A DNA stretch of 64,000 nucleotides from Chiloscyllium plagiosum. Taxonomy: Eukaryota. The translations under genes and the position numbers were made by a program. Positions 50,547-63,845 of the stretch are shown one piece after another (within the stretch, counting starts at the first letter, position 1; every line of letters starts with the position of its first letter). Under the pieces are notes generated by a model, which made no database searches, was not told the origin of the DNA, and saw only the letters and a program-made list of their open reading frames with translations. Location: assembly GCF_004010195.1 (NCBI RefSeq), contig NC_057720.1, positions 7,305,117-7,369,116 on the forward strand, given 5' to 3'.

Positions 50547-50691
50547 GATCGAGCCCTCCACTATCACCTGATGAAGGAGCGTCGCCCCGAAAGCTAGTGT
50601 GCTTCCAGTTAAACCTGTTGGACTATAACCTGGTGTTGTGTGATTTTTAACTTTGTACACCCCAGTCCAACACCGGCATCTCCAAATCATG
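50547..50691 (+). mobile_element. PLE family B mini-insertion in a SINE
   Basis: 11-bp TSD agcaataatac at 50536-50546 and 50692-50702. Confidence 0.9.
50565..50599 (+). ncRNA. Minimal type I hammerhead ribozyme motif (PLE family B)
   Basis: cac-CTGATGA-a-ggagc(gtc)gcccc-GAAA-gc-TA-gtg: stem I cac/gtg, palindromic AGCT stem III, CUA triplet; one stem II mismatch. Confidence 0.75.
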
Positions 50692-51384
50692 AGCAATAAT
50701 ACCACTAGACTTCCCCATAACTTCCCTATCCATGCACCTGTCCAAATGTCTTTGAAATGTTGGAACTGTACCTGCATCACTTCCTCTGGCAGTTGCTATA
50801 TGATGCTATATGCACTTCCTCTGGCTATATGAGATGCTATTCCTTCTAAGGAATTATGCTAAACCTATAAAAACAGTAGTTCCATCCTAGCTAGAGTATT
50901 ATATCCAATTCTAGTTGCTAGACTTTATAGGAAGATTGCAATGGCTTGAGAACAGATACTGAAGAAATTCTCCAGGACCATTCGCTTGATAAAAGATTAA
51001 TTCTGTAGATGAACTGCAGAAGTTCTGGTTACTGTTTCAGAAAAGGCCAAAAGACGTGATGGAAGTGTTTAAAGTCATGAAGGATCTAGATACAATAATT
51101 AAAGGAAATGTATTTCAATGGCTGGAGTCAATGACACATACTTGTGATGATAGGCAAACAAATCAGAGATAGTGAGACGAAAATCATTTTAAGCATAGTA
51201 GTTCTGATTGGAATGCATGGGCTGATAAGGTGATGGAAACAGATGTGCTCTCAAAGTCTTTGTTGTCAAAATAGCTTCAGATAGACATGCAAAGGACAGC
51301 AGCAGGAAAATGACAAAAGAACAGTAGTCAATGCTGTAATATTCCATGATTCTATAGATCCTATTTCAACGTAAAATTTTAAGA

Positions 51385-51872
51385 AATAGGAAAGATATTG
51401 TTAAAATTGAAAAGGTTCAGAAAGGATTTACAAGGACATTGCCAGGGTTGGAGGGTTTGAGCCATAGCGGGGGGGCTGAATAGGCTGGGGCTGTTTTCCC
51501 TGGAGTTTCAGTGGCTGAAGGGGCAGCTCATAAAGGTTTGTAAAAATCATGAGGGGCATGGATAGTCAAGCTCTTTTCCCCAGGATAGAAGAAACTAGAT
51601 GGCATAGGGTTAAACTCAAAGGGAAAAGATTTAGAAGGGACCAAAGGGGCACTTTTTTCACACAGAGGGTGGTGCGTGTTTGGAATGAGCTGCCAGAGAA
51701 AGTGGTGGAGGCTGGTACAATGACAACATTTAAAAGGCATCTGGATGAGTATATGAATAGGAAGGGTTTAGAGGGATATGGGCCAAATGCTGGCAAATGG
51801 GACTAAGTTAGGATATCTGGTCGGCATGGACGAGTTGGACCAAAGGGTTTGTTTCCATGCTCGATGACTCTA
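51385..51872 (+). mobile_element. CR1 LINE 3' fragment
   Basis: ORF 51549-51806 FFTQRVVRVWNELPEKVVEAGTMTTFKRHLDEYMNRKGLEGYG. Confidence 0.9.
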
Positions 51873-53171
51873 AATATGTAAGTAAACTGTGTTGGTAATT
51901 ATGCTACAGCACTTTGTTTCTTGTTAGTGGAGCCAGTTACAGCAAGTGGCTATGGACCATTCAGTCTCTGGCCTCCAGCCCTGTTCCAAGCTGAAACACA
52001 AATGTGAAGAAAATTTTGTTCGATTCTTGTCGAAGACATTCTGCTGCTCACTAATCTCCGAAATAGATTTTCACAATTGTTGATCATGAATCCTTTCATC
52101 TATTCCACGGCTTACTTCCCATTCATTTCCCATTCCTACCAAATTCATTTTTTTTGTGTGATTTTCCCATGTTTTAATACTTCATGGTTTTTTGTTGTTT
52201 TACTATTTTGCTGCATATCATCCATGCTGTCAACTGGTTCTAGCCATTCATTGTCCACTAACTGTTGTCAAATCTCATCTAATTCACTAATGTCCTTTCG
52301 GGAGGGAAATCTGCCATCCTTACCTGGTCTGGCCTACATGTGACTCCAGATGCACAGCAATGTGGTTTAATCTTAACTGCCCTCAGAAATGGCCTGGACA
52401 GCTAACCAGTTCAAGAGGTACATGGGGATGGGCAGTAAATGCTGATCTAGGCTTTGAAGCCCCAATTCCACGAATTATTCAAACAAACTGGTTTGCAAGG
52501 TGGACGAGACACTTGCCAGCTCACACCCCAGTAAAAATCAACCTAGTCAAATCAGTAGAACCCATACAATGTGGAAACAGGCCATTCAGCCCACTGGGGA
52601 GCATCCCAAGGTGCACCCCATGCCCTATTGCTGCAATGGAGCATTTCCCATGGCCAATCTATCTAGCCTATACATCCCTGGACTGTGGGAGGAAATCAAA
52701 GTATCCAGAGGAAACCCATGCAGACTCAGGGAGAATCTACAAATCCACCCAGACAGTCACTCAAGATTAGAATCAAACCCAGGTCCTTGGTGCTCTGAGA
52801 CAGCAGTGAGATTATGTCCTTGGTGCTTAACTCTTCCAAAAGAGGAAATAATGTTTCCATATCTACCCTGGCAAGTCCACGAAGAATTCTGCATGTTCAC
52901 CTCTCATTCATCTAAACTCTGAGTATTGGCCTCATCTACTCGACCTTTCCTCCTGAGAAAGTCCCTTCATTGGGGCTCAGTGAATCTTTTTTTGGATTGA
53001 CCCCAATGCCAGTGTGTCTTCCCTTAGATCAGGGGCCCAAAACAATTCGCAATATTCTAGATGTGGTCTGACCAGTGCCTTGTATGGGTGCTATATAAAT
53101 GCAAGTATTTTTGTCTACAACTATGCTCAATCTGTCGTTGGTTTCTGGAAACTTAACAGGATACAAGCTCA

Positions 53172-53303
53172 TTCTTGATGAAGGGCTTTTGCCCGAAACG
53201 TTGATTTTCCTGCTCCTCGGATGCTGCCTGACCTGCTGTGTTTTTCCAGCGCCACTCTAATCTTGACTCTGATCTCCAGCATCTGCAGTCCCCACTTTCG
53301 CCT
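53172..53303 (+). mobile_element. PLE family A mini-insertion starting at the hammerhead
   Basis: ttcttgatgaagggcttttgcccgaaacg..ctccagcatctgcagtccccactttcgcc; degenerate TSD aggatacaagctca/agaatacaaattca. Confidence 0.85.
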
Positions 53304-54730
53304 AGAATACAAATTCAGCAGTTTGAACAAAGTCGGAGTCGTGAATGTCGGTCACCTATTTAACTATGAGAAACGGAAAGCTCATTAGAATAATTAAACT
53401 CCATCATGGAGATGCTAAAGATTACCATCTCTTTCTGTCCTTCACACCTTCTCAATTCTGATTCGATTTCTGTCTGTCAAACGTTGAATTTATTGACTAC
53501 ATCTTGCACCAACTGTCTTACTGTTCCATTTCCCAACATTTCTCTTCTCTAATTCCTAGACCTCAATTGTTTTTTTTCTGGACAAATTTAACGTACATAG
53601 ATTGGAAGTTTCTTTCCACCCTGTCTGACAGCAGATACTCACCTCCCCACACCAACTCCTCGACTGAAGTTTGGATAAAACATGAAGAGGGAGAGTGGGA
53701 GTGGACAGAAATAAATAATGGCATTCCAAGCTTTACTTTCATTATTTCCCATCTCGCCGGCTGTTCAAAAAGTGAATCCTACAGACTGCTATCAATTACA
53801 TAAGGATATGCTGGGGACGAATTAAATGCAAGAATGCTAAATAGGACGAGTAAGTTAGGCTGTGAGCATAATTGTCCTGTAGAAGGCAGAACTTTCTTCT
53901 CTCTGCTCGGAGCGGCTCGGTATTGACTTAGAGCCAAACTTGGCTGGATATTTGGATTGGAGCTTGGCCTGCAAGCACCACTATAGCGGAACAACTTAAA
54001 TGTTTCCTGGATGAGAAAATCAAATAAATCATATACGCAAAGGCATTATATATGAACTCACCAGACCCAGCCTTGGAAATGAAGCCTTGTGAAACTGAGG
54101 GCTACCAAGGCAACTGCGCAATCCTAGCAGGGAGCTGTGCAAGAAGCGGGGGGAGGATGCTGCTCCTAGAATTGCGGCTACAGTCTCAAAAATGTGTGCG
54201 ACACAGAAAACAAGAGTAGGCCATTCAGTCCCTCGAGCCTGAGTGTAGGAGACTGAGCTGTGACCATATAGAGGTTTATAAAATGATGAGGGGCATGTAT
54301 AAGGTAGATAGCTGATAGTTTTTCCTGAGGGTAAGGGAGGTCTAAAACTGGAGGGAATAACTTTAGGGTGGGAGATACAAAAGGAATCAGAGGGGCAATT
54401 ACTTCACAAACAGGGTGGTGAGTGTCTGGAACAGGATGCCAGTGGTAGTGGTGGAAATGAGTATAATTTCATCATTTAAGAAACATTTATACATGTGCAT
54501 AGATGTGGTAGGAATGGATGGATATGGACCAAATGCAGGCAAATGGAACTACTTTAACTGTGAAAACTGGATAGCATGGATAAGTTGGGCTGAAGGGCTT
54601 ATGGACATCTATCGCTCTATGATTTGGTTCCCAATTTCTCCTCAGCACATGGACTGCGGCAGTTCAAGAAGGCAGCTCACCACCGCCTTCTCAAGGGGGC
54701 AACTAGGGACAGGCAATAAATGCTGGCCCG

Positions 54731-54825
54731 GACCTTCTGATGAACAGTCATTGGACTTGAAACATCAACTCTGCTTTCTCCTATCGGATACTGCCAGACC
54801 TGCTGAGTTTCACCAGTAATTTCTG
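54731..54825 (+). mobile_element. PLE family C fragment starting at a hammerhead motif
   Basis: CTGATGA 54737-54743, agtc/gact stem, GAAA 54759-54762, then ggatactgccagacctgctgag. Confidence 0.65.
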
Positions 54826-57723
54826 AACTGCATAGTCTCTCCTCACAACTTAGCCCCTGAAATCCAGGTCTCATTCCTGTAAACACTTGAAAGGTTTACA
54901 CAGTTTTTCTCAGTTGGAAACATGAAAAATTGAGAACTTCTTTTGCAGCCACAGTTCCAAGTGCTCTAGCTTATAAAGGGCAAACCAAACCATTCAATAC
55001 TTTGTGATTACTCACCACATTGAAAATACTACTTGTACAACGCTTAATGCACAATGAGTATGAAATAATAACAGTTAATTTAGCAAAGGTCAGATGAAAT
55101 TTTGTTGTTTTACTGAGGCCATTAGTGGGACTGGTTTGCAGAGATCACCCTCCAAGGACTTGCCCTGTCTACAAACACACAACTTTGGCAGCTACAGTTT
55201 TGACAGCAGGGATTCAGCCCACTCTTTCACATCAGAGCTTTCAAAAACAAAAATTGAGGATATTTCACGCAACGTTTCAAGAAACTTGAGGCTTGTTTGG
55301 AGACATTGCAATTGGACTCAGCACTTTGGGGAGCACTGAGGGAGGTGAGCGGGGGGAAGGATTAATTTGTTCTCGGCCATCGTTCAATGATACGTGTTGG
55401 GAAGTTGGCACACGATTCAACGTCGCAAAATATAGAATGAGCAGTTTTATTTTCCTTATTCAGAAAAGGCCGTAATTGCATTCGAAGCAGTTCAGGGAAC
55501 GTTCACTCGATGGATGCCCAGTTTGAAGGCAATGTCTTAACAGGAAGAGCTGGACAAGAAGGGTCTTGTGTACATTGGCGTTCAGGAGCACAAAAGCTTA
55601 TCTTACCCAGAAGTATAAAATCTCAATGGGCTTGACAGGGTGGGTGCTGGGTGGATATCTCTGCTTTTGGTGGTGGTGGTGATGGTGTGGGGGGAGGGGG
55701 GGGGGGGGGTGTTGCAGTGTGAGAATCTAGAGCTGGGAGGACTTACTTCCAAAACTAGGGGTCTCTGGCTCAAGGCTGAAATAAGGAGATTAATTTTTTT
55801 CTCAACTCATGATCAACTTGTTAAATTCTCATCTGCTGAGTGGCATGGTGGCTCAGTGATTAGTACTGTTACCTCACAGCACCACGGAACCAGGTTCGAT
55901 TCCACTCTTGGGTCACTGTATGGAGTTCTCACTCTCCTTGTTACTGTGTGGGTTTCCTCTGGGCGCTCAGGTTTCCTCTCACAGTCCAAAGGTGTACAGG
56001 TTAGGGTGGACTGGCCATGCTAAATTGCCCCTAGTGTCCAGAGATGGCAGGCTACATGAATTAGCAATGGGAACTGCAGAGATAGAGTTGGTCTTGATGG
56101 GATGCTCTTTGACAGGTCAGTGTGGACATGATGGGCCAAATGGCCTGACCTCCACACAGTTGGGATTCCATCAGATTGGTTCATTAAATTCAACTCAAGG
56201 CTAGGTTAGATTTTTTAAAAATTCATTCACGGGATGAGAGTGTCGCTGACCAGACATTTATTGCCCAGAGGGCAGATTTCCTTCCCTAAAGGACATTCGT
56301 GAACCAGATGGGTTTTCTCTGATAATTGACAATGAACTGATGGTCATCATTAGACTTTTACAATTTTTTAATTGAATTCTAATTCCATCTGTCATGGTAG
56401 GATTTGAATCCAGGTCCCTAAGACATTCCTGGGTCTCTGGATTAATAGTCCGGTGGTAATACCATGGTAGTGTTTTGATCAGGCAATGGGATGGGCAAGG
56501 TTTAAGTAACGTTGAGACCATAGTCAGAACAGTCATTATTTTGGTGAATGATCAAGCAGAAATTAGGTGCCAGAAGGAAAGAAAATCTGGAATTACGAGT
56601 CTAATGATGATCCAGAATCAATTGCCAATTATCAGAAAAACCCATCTGATTCACTAAAGTCCTTCAGGGAAGGAAACGTCCATCCTCACTTGGTCTGGTC
56701 TATATGTGACTCCAGACCCAGAGCAATGCGGCTGTCTCTTAACTGCGCCCTGGCTAATTAGGGATGCAAAATACCCTCTGGGTAATTAGGGATGGGAAAT
56801 AAATGCTGACCTAGCCAGCGACACCCTCATCCCGTGAATGAATAAAAAAAAAATTTGCTCTGAGTTCTTGTGTTTGAGATGGTACAGCCCAGGTTCACTA
56901 GGTTGGCTCCTTGAATGAGAGGGGTTTCAGTTATGATGAAAACGATGCAAATTGGGTCAATACTCTCTGGTGTTTAGAAGAATGAGGAGCGATCTGATTG
57001 AAATATATAAGTTCGTTAGGAGCCTGACAGGGTCAATGGTGTGTGATTTGTCTTTGCAGACTGGGCTATCTAAAGCACAGAGCACACAGTGTCAGGATAA
57101 AGGACTAAATCATAGAATTATACATTGAAAAGGTACTGCCAATAATACACGACAATTGACACTAGCCCCATTTTCCCACTTCAAGTACTCATCCAGGTTT
57201 AGTGTACGCATCATGTCTAAGTTTACATAGCCCCTATTTTTGAATGTTGGGATCACATACCATGACCTCTATGCGTCTGGGGCGCCTCCTCCAGTTCCCA
57301 TAAATACAGCAGACCTCACCCATTACACCTCGCAACTCCTTCAGGATTGGAACACACTTATCCCATCTGCTACAGGTGCCCTGTAGGCATTTAAAGGCTC
57401 ACATTGTCTTCAGAACACATGCTTCACTGACCCCTACACATGTTATAGATTCCTCAGACAAAACCAGTGCATCGGAATGTGGTCGTGGTCTCAAATTTGC
57501 AGGAAAGAATTGATGGGAATGGCTCACAAAACACATCTGCTATTGACTTTCTCCCCAAAAGGGCCCTGACAGAATCCGTCTGGGCTTTAACGGCTACAAA
57601 TCTGTCTGAATCACTTCATTTCAAAGACAAACATTTTGTCCCTTTGTTGCTCCTTGAGCCAGCACTCTTCCAGTGTTGAACAGCATCACTTCTGCCTGTA
57701 TCCCAACGTGGATCAGCCATGAT

Positions 57724-58033
57724 TAGATTAGATTAGATTCCCTACAGTGTGGAAACAGGCCCTTTTGCCCAACAGGTCCACACTGACCCTCCAAAGAGTA
57801 ACCCACCCAACCCCTTTTCCCTCTGACCAATGCACCTAATTGACCACTTAAGCATGGCCAATTAACCTAACCGGCACATCTTTGGACTGTGGGAGGAAAC
57901 CGGAGCACCCAGAGTAAACCCACGCAGACATGGGGAGAATATGCAAACTCCATACAGTCACCCAAGGCTAGAATTGAACCCGAGACCCTGGTGCTGAGAG
58001 GCAACAGTACTAACCACTGAGCCACTGTGCCGC
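57724..58033 (-). mobile_element. HE1-type V-SINE, full length
   Basis: Complete reverse complement of the 28816 element; TSD ccatgat at 57717-57723 and 58034-58040. Confidence 0.9.
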
Positions 58034-59964
58034 CCATGATCCTACTGAATGGCGAAGCTGCCTCAAAGGCCTCCTCCTGTTCCTGTTTCTGATCTCTTCA
58101 TAGCATCATACGGTAAGGAAGCGGTCATTCAGCCCATCATGTCTACACCACCAAAAATACACTCCTGCCTTCGGTAGTTCCACTTTCCCACACTAAACCC
58201 ATAGCCACAAATGATATAACTTCAAATCGTCATTCAAGTACTTTTCAAAGGTTGTGAGGTTTTCCACCTTGACTACTCTCCCAGCAGTGCACTCAAGATT
58301 CCCACTACTCTCAACAATTTTCCTCAAGCTGCCTTAAAGCTCCTGTCTTTCCCTTTCAAAGTATGCCCCCTTGCCCTTGACCCTTTGACTAAAGGGAACA
58401 TCTGCCTCCATTCACCCTGTTCATGCCACTCATCATCTTCTACATGTCTATCAGGTCCCGCCTCAACCTCTGCTGCTCCAAAGAAAATGTTCAGCCTCAC
58501 AGCTAAACTCCTCCATCGCAGGCCCCATCCTGGTGAATCTCCTCTGCACCCGCTTAACTGCACTGAGCTGAGGAGAACTTCCTTCACTCAGAAGGTGCTG
58601 AATCTTTGGAATTCTCCAGCTCCTGTCGGTTGTTGATTGTTCAATACATTTAAAGCTGGGGTGGACTGCCTTTTGGTTTCACAGGAGATCAAGGGACATG
58701 GGAAAAGGGGTGGAAAATGGAGTTGAAGCTCAAGATCAGCCAATGACCATACCAAATGGCCCAGCAGACTTAATGGGCAAATGGGTTACCCCATCTCCTT
58801 TTTCTAGTGCATTTCTGTTGAAGCACCCCACTGTGGACAATGCTGCGTTCCCCTAGTGATCCACCGGAGCATCAGCCTACAAGGTCCAGGCTGACCTTTG
58901 ACCCCATTAATGTTTTGATTCTGGAAATGAAATCTGGACCTCGCATACACCTAATACTTTGAGAACTTGACAATGGGTGACTGAACAATAAGTGACATTT
59001 GGCAAACCTTGGATAAACTGTCCTTCAGGACTCTTTGCAGACTTGAATAACCCTGTGTTCAAGTATTCTGCTACAAAACATGTCTTGACATCTCCACCAG
59101 CTAATTGGCTCAAAGCTGGGTGACTCCACGCAATTTATCTTTAGATTACGAGGCAGACTGTCAAATGTTCAAACATTTCTCCTGATTCGGTGCAATTGGG
59201 ACATCAAACATTGCCACAGGACATCTACGCAAAAAGATAAGGAACCGATATCACCGTTACAGCCTCAGTGCTGAAACAGATTACCTTAACTTCACCATCG
59301 CAGGGTCAAATTCCAGGTACTCCATCCCCTAACTGCACAGCACATTGATGTCCCTACACCCCAAACATTGCTACAGTTTCAATAAGGCAGCTCACCATCA
59401 CCTTCCCCACAGCAGTTCGGGATATGAATCACCGAAACAGGCCATTTGGCCCAACTGGTCCACTTTTAAGAGCATCCCACCCAGACTCATCTCCTAACTT
59501 ATATATTTCCAAAGCTAATCCACCAAGCCTGCACACTATGGACAATTCAGCATGACCAATTCATCGAAACTGCACATCTTTGGACTGTATGAAGGAAACC
59601 GGAGCACCCGCAGGAAACCCACGCAGACACAGGGAGAATGTGCAAACTCCACACAGTCACCCAAGTCTGGAATTGAACCTGGGTCCCTAATGCTGTGAGG
59701 CAGCAGTGCTAACCACTGAACCACGCTTTACAATACGACCATAAGAAATGGCATGAGGGCCAATTTTTGTTTTACACAGAGGGTGGTTCACATGTGGAAT
59801 AAACTTCCCGAGGATGAGGTGGAAGTGGGCACAATTACACCATTTAAAAGACATTTGGATAAGTACATGAACAGGAAAGGTTTGGAGTGATATAGCCCAG
59901 AAGCAGGCAGCTGGGGCTAGTTTAGTTTGTAATTCTGCTCAGAATGGATTGCTTGGACCGAAGG

Positions 59965-60082
59965 CGAAAGTGAGGACTGCAGACGCTGGCGGTCACAGCC
60001 AAGATTAGAGTGGTGCTAGAAAAGCACAGCAGGTCAGAGGATGCTGCCAGACCTGCTGTGCTTTGCCAGCACCACTCTAAGG
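59965..60082. mobile_element. Fold-back PLE family A in a CR1 tail
   Basis: 12-bp TSD ttggaccgaagg at 59953-59964 and 60083-60094; inverted arms. Confidence 0.85.
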
Positions 60083-61000
60083 TTGGACCGAAGGGTCGTT
60101 TCTGTGCTATTTACCCGATATAAATAAATACGGTCTATTTATAGACTCTATGACTCTATAAATAGGAACAGAAGGCGGCTATTCAGCCCCTCGAGCCTGG
60201 CCTGCCATTCAATAGGCTCATGGCTGATCCAATAACCCTCACAGCCAATTTCCTGCCCTATCTCCATAATCCACAATGATCTCTTGAACGTAGAGAAGAA
60301 CCCTGCCCTGACAGGTCTCTGCGGCATGAAGTCCGAACGTCATCCAACTCTCTCAGAGAAGAAATTCCTCCTCACCTGGGTCTTAAATTGGAGTCCTTTT
60401 ATTGTGCTGGGCAATAGTTATTAGCCTATCCCATAATGCCTATATCCCAGGAATGAAGTCTTAAAAGAAATAAGCACAAAGGTTATCTGATCAAGAATCT
60501 GTTGGAGGGAAAAGCAACAGGGCCGCTACTGGGGTGATGCAGTTTCACAATCTACCTTTCTTTGCAACGCTGCAGTGTCTGGTTGAGAATGCCAAGCAGA
60601 GTGTTTGTGAATCAATTCTCTGCAATTCTACATCACTGTCAAGGGGGCAAAGGCTGTTAATTGCAAAGGATGAGCCCACGCATCATATTCCTGGGATGGA
60701 ACAGGCCAGGCCTTACAGGCCCACAACCTGAACCCAACTGTACCATCAGTGCTAATCTCCTCCCCCAAAAAATAACAGGACAACCCAGGAACTGGAAAGG
60801 CTGGAATGGTGACTCCCCCCCAACCCCCGAGTATTCCCAAATCAACAAGAATCCATGTTGCAGAGTCCACTGCTGTTCCTGAACAGCACTGTGGTAGGAA
60901 CCTTGCTGCATAATTGTGGTGGTTCTGCAGCCTGCTCAAAATGGGCTAGAGTCAAACAGCACAGAAACACATCTTTCTGTCCAACTCACGATCTGACCTA

Positions 61001-61440
61001 CTGTATGTACTTGAGTAACGGTCAATCTCATGTAAAAGTTGACCTCCTATTTTTGGCCACATCACCTGGAATGTTCCACATATCTCATGTAAAAGTCAAT
61101 TCTAGTTCTTCAAGGATAATAGATCAATGTTTATGAGTCAGTGTGCCGGCTGTCACATCCCGCTCCAATGTTCCAGTCTGCTGGTTGTTCTGCTCTGCTC
61201 TGCTCTGGGTCTTCCAGTCCAAAGGCTGTTGTGTTCTGCTCCGGGTTTTCAGAATTACCATAACTGTTCATTTTCTTCATTCGTTTAGAGATCAGTTGGG
61301 CTTCTGCTAATGATATGGTGTGAAATTTAACAGGCATGAATTTCATCCCCTCAAAAGTAGTATCCGTGTAATTTTCGACCTCATAAATTTAACCTTAAAA
61401 GTTAGTCAAAAAAATTAGACCATTACTCGAGTATATACAG
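61001..61440. mobile_element. Non-autonomous Tc1/mariner-superfamily (Tc2/pogo-like) DNA transposon
   Basis: TIRs ctgtatgtacttgagtaacggtc and gaccattactcgagtatatacag; TA at left; splits a CR1 tail (about 60950-61700). Confidence 0.75.
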
Positions 61441-62394
61441 TCATCCCATCTGACAGCATTTAGCCCGTATTCCTTGAAACCTTTTCTATTCATACACCCA
61501 TGCAGATGCCTTTTAAATATTCTAATTGTCTCAGCCTCCACCACTTCCTCTGGCAGCCCATTCCACACACGCACCACGCTCTGCGTGAAAAGGTTGTCCC
61601 TCAGATCCCTTTTAAATCTTTCCCCTCTCACCTTAAACCCACGCCCTGCAGTTTTGGGTTCCCCTACCCTTGCCGATTCACCCTATCCATACCCCTCATG
61701 AATTAGTCGCATTGTCCCTCCAACTCAGCCTCCTCAAGGGTGACCCCAGGAGGGGTAATAAATACCACGTTAGATGCACCCCAGGCCGAGAATGAGAAAA
61801 CAAATAATTTTCCATCAATTCTCTTCAAACACTCTGTAAAGCTCCTTCAGCTGACATGTGATTCAAAGGTAAACATCAATATTGTTAAAAAGGCCTCAAT
61901 TATAACTTCAACACCTATTTCTTGACATTAATTAACTCCTTAAATGAGTCAATTGGCTTAGAGTTTGTCATTCAAAATGTTATAACAGTATGGTCAACTG
62001 GCATAGCCTTGAACTATCTGTCAATAATTCTCCTTTATGTTGTTTGTTTGCAAAAATTATTCATGGCTCTTCCCTCTTATTTTTTACACCCAAAAACATT
62101 GCTATTTGGCCAAGAGAAGTTCAGTCCAAAACACATCTGCTCAATTTTGTTTCTGTCCCCTCTACAATCTAACTCCTTTCGTCATAGAAGCTTAAAGTGG
62201 AACAGACGGCCTGGAAGATCTCCATACTGCCTTTGAGCACCACCCCCAGCATCTGATCATTGAGCTAGCATACTTGGGCGTGTCGCTCTGTAACAGAAGA
62301 TAGTGATCTGATTTATATGTAGTACACTGATGAGAAGCAATGCATTTTCCTCAGGGCTTGAAACCATTCGGCCTGCACTCTTGCTCGGTCCAAT

Positions 62395-62870
62395 GGTATG
62401 AAACTTGAAAGGATGCAGGAAGGACTTACAAGGATGTTGCCACATTTGGAGGGTTTGAGCTACAGGAAGAGGCTGAATCGGCTGGGGCTGTTTTCCCTAG
62501 AGCACCAGAGGTTGAGGAGTGACTTTATAAAAGTTTATAAAACCATGAGACGTATGGATCAGGTGAAGAGCTGTGTTCTTTTTCCCAGGGTATGGGAGTC
62601 CAAATCTAAAGGACACAGGTTTAAGCTGAGAGGGGAAAAGAGTCCTTTTTCAGCCAGAGGGTGATGTGTGTATGGATTGAGCTGCCAGAGGAAGTGGTGG
62701 AGGTTGGTAAAATTACAACATTTAATAGGCATCTAGAGGGGTATATGAATAGGAAGGGTTTAGGTGGGTATGGGTCAAATGCTGGAAAATGGGACAAGAT
62801 TAATTTGGGATATCTGGTTGGCATGGAGGAGTTGGACCAAAAGGTCTGCTTCCACGCTGTAATCAATGAC
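62395..62870 (+). mobile_element. CR1 LINE 3' fragment
   Basis: ORFs 62398-62664 and 62661-62891 encode CR1 ORF2 C-terminal motifs. Confidence 0.9.
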
Positions 62871-62951
62871 TCCAGTAAGGTTAATGGCTAAATTTCCTTT
62901 TCAGTCAGACATACTTTCCCACCCTTTATCTGTACCCCTCAATCCTCCCAA

Positions 62952-63538
62952 TGTGATATCAAAGAGTTAATTTGCTCTGCTGACCTGCAAGAAAGTTGAA
63001 TGCTCCAGGGATAGGGTGGTGTGTCTTTGTCTTTGAGATGGAATGTGGAAAGTTTACATTCCCATCCCTTGTCAATCAGGAATGATTTACATTTTCATCG
63101 CCTATTCAGAAATCAATAAGAAGATTACATTTGGAATTTGACTACTCCCCTATAGTTACAAAAAAAATACAATTCACACCAGATCTAGCCATTACCGGAT
63201 GATTTGCATCACATTGTTTCCGGAGGTGAGGTGGTCATTGCATTGTGTCATGAGTGGTATGTGACTGTGAGGGAATGACTGCGGGTTACCTTGTGGACAT
63301 TACTGACTGTGATGTAAAGATCTTGTATAAAGGAAGGACTGCTCCCTTTGTTCAGGGAAAGCTTCCCTGGATATGATTCGCCAGCATGGTGAGGAGTGAT
63401 TAGGGTTTCTGCGAAGTTTATATTTTACTATGCTAAATAAAAATTTGGTTGTTGTGCACAGAAGTTGGCATGTTGCAGCTGCATCAAGTGCATAAGAACC
63501 TCAGGAAAAAAAGAACTTAATATCTAAAGTCTATCACA
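62952..63538 (+). mobile_element. Solo LTR
   Basis: 7-bp terminal inverted ends TGTGATA...TATCACA, TATAAA 63326-63331, AATAAA 63436-63441. Confidence 0.7.
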
Positions 63539-63845
63539 TCATGATTTTGAACTTGCTCAACCACCAAACATTTAATCCTTGGGTGTAGAGAATTTCAAAC
63601 CCTCAGAATAATGAAATCTTTCATCACAATTGTTTGTGGGAGATGTTGTTTGCCTCTTTATTCTTTCATGAGCTCTGGGCATCACTGACAAGGTTGGCAT
63701 TTGATACCAACACCAAATGGTCTCGAATTGAGTGGCGGTTTAGGCCATTTCATGGGGGCTGTAAGAGTCAACCACATTGCTGTCAGTCTGGAGTCAGGAG
63801 TAGGCCTGACCGGGTAAGGACACAGATTTCCCTCCCTAAGCGCGT

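Noticed and set aside
60105..60166. Small inverted tataaata/tatttata insert in a CR1 tail
   Set aside because: Too short and AT-rich to distinguish from chance
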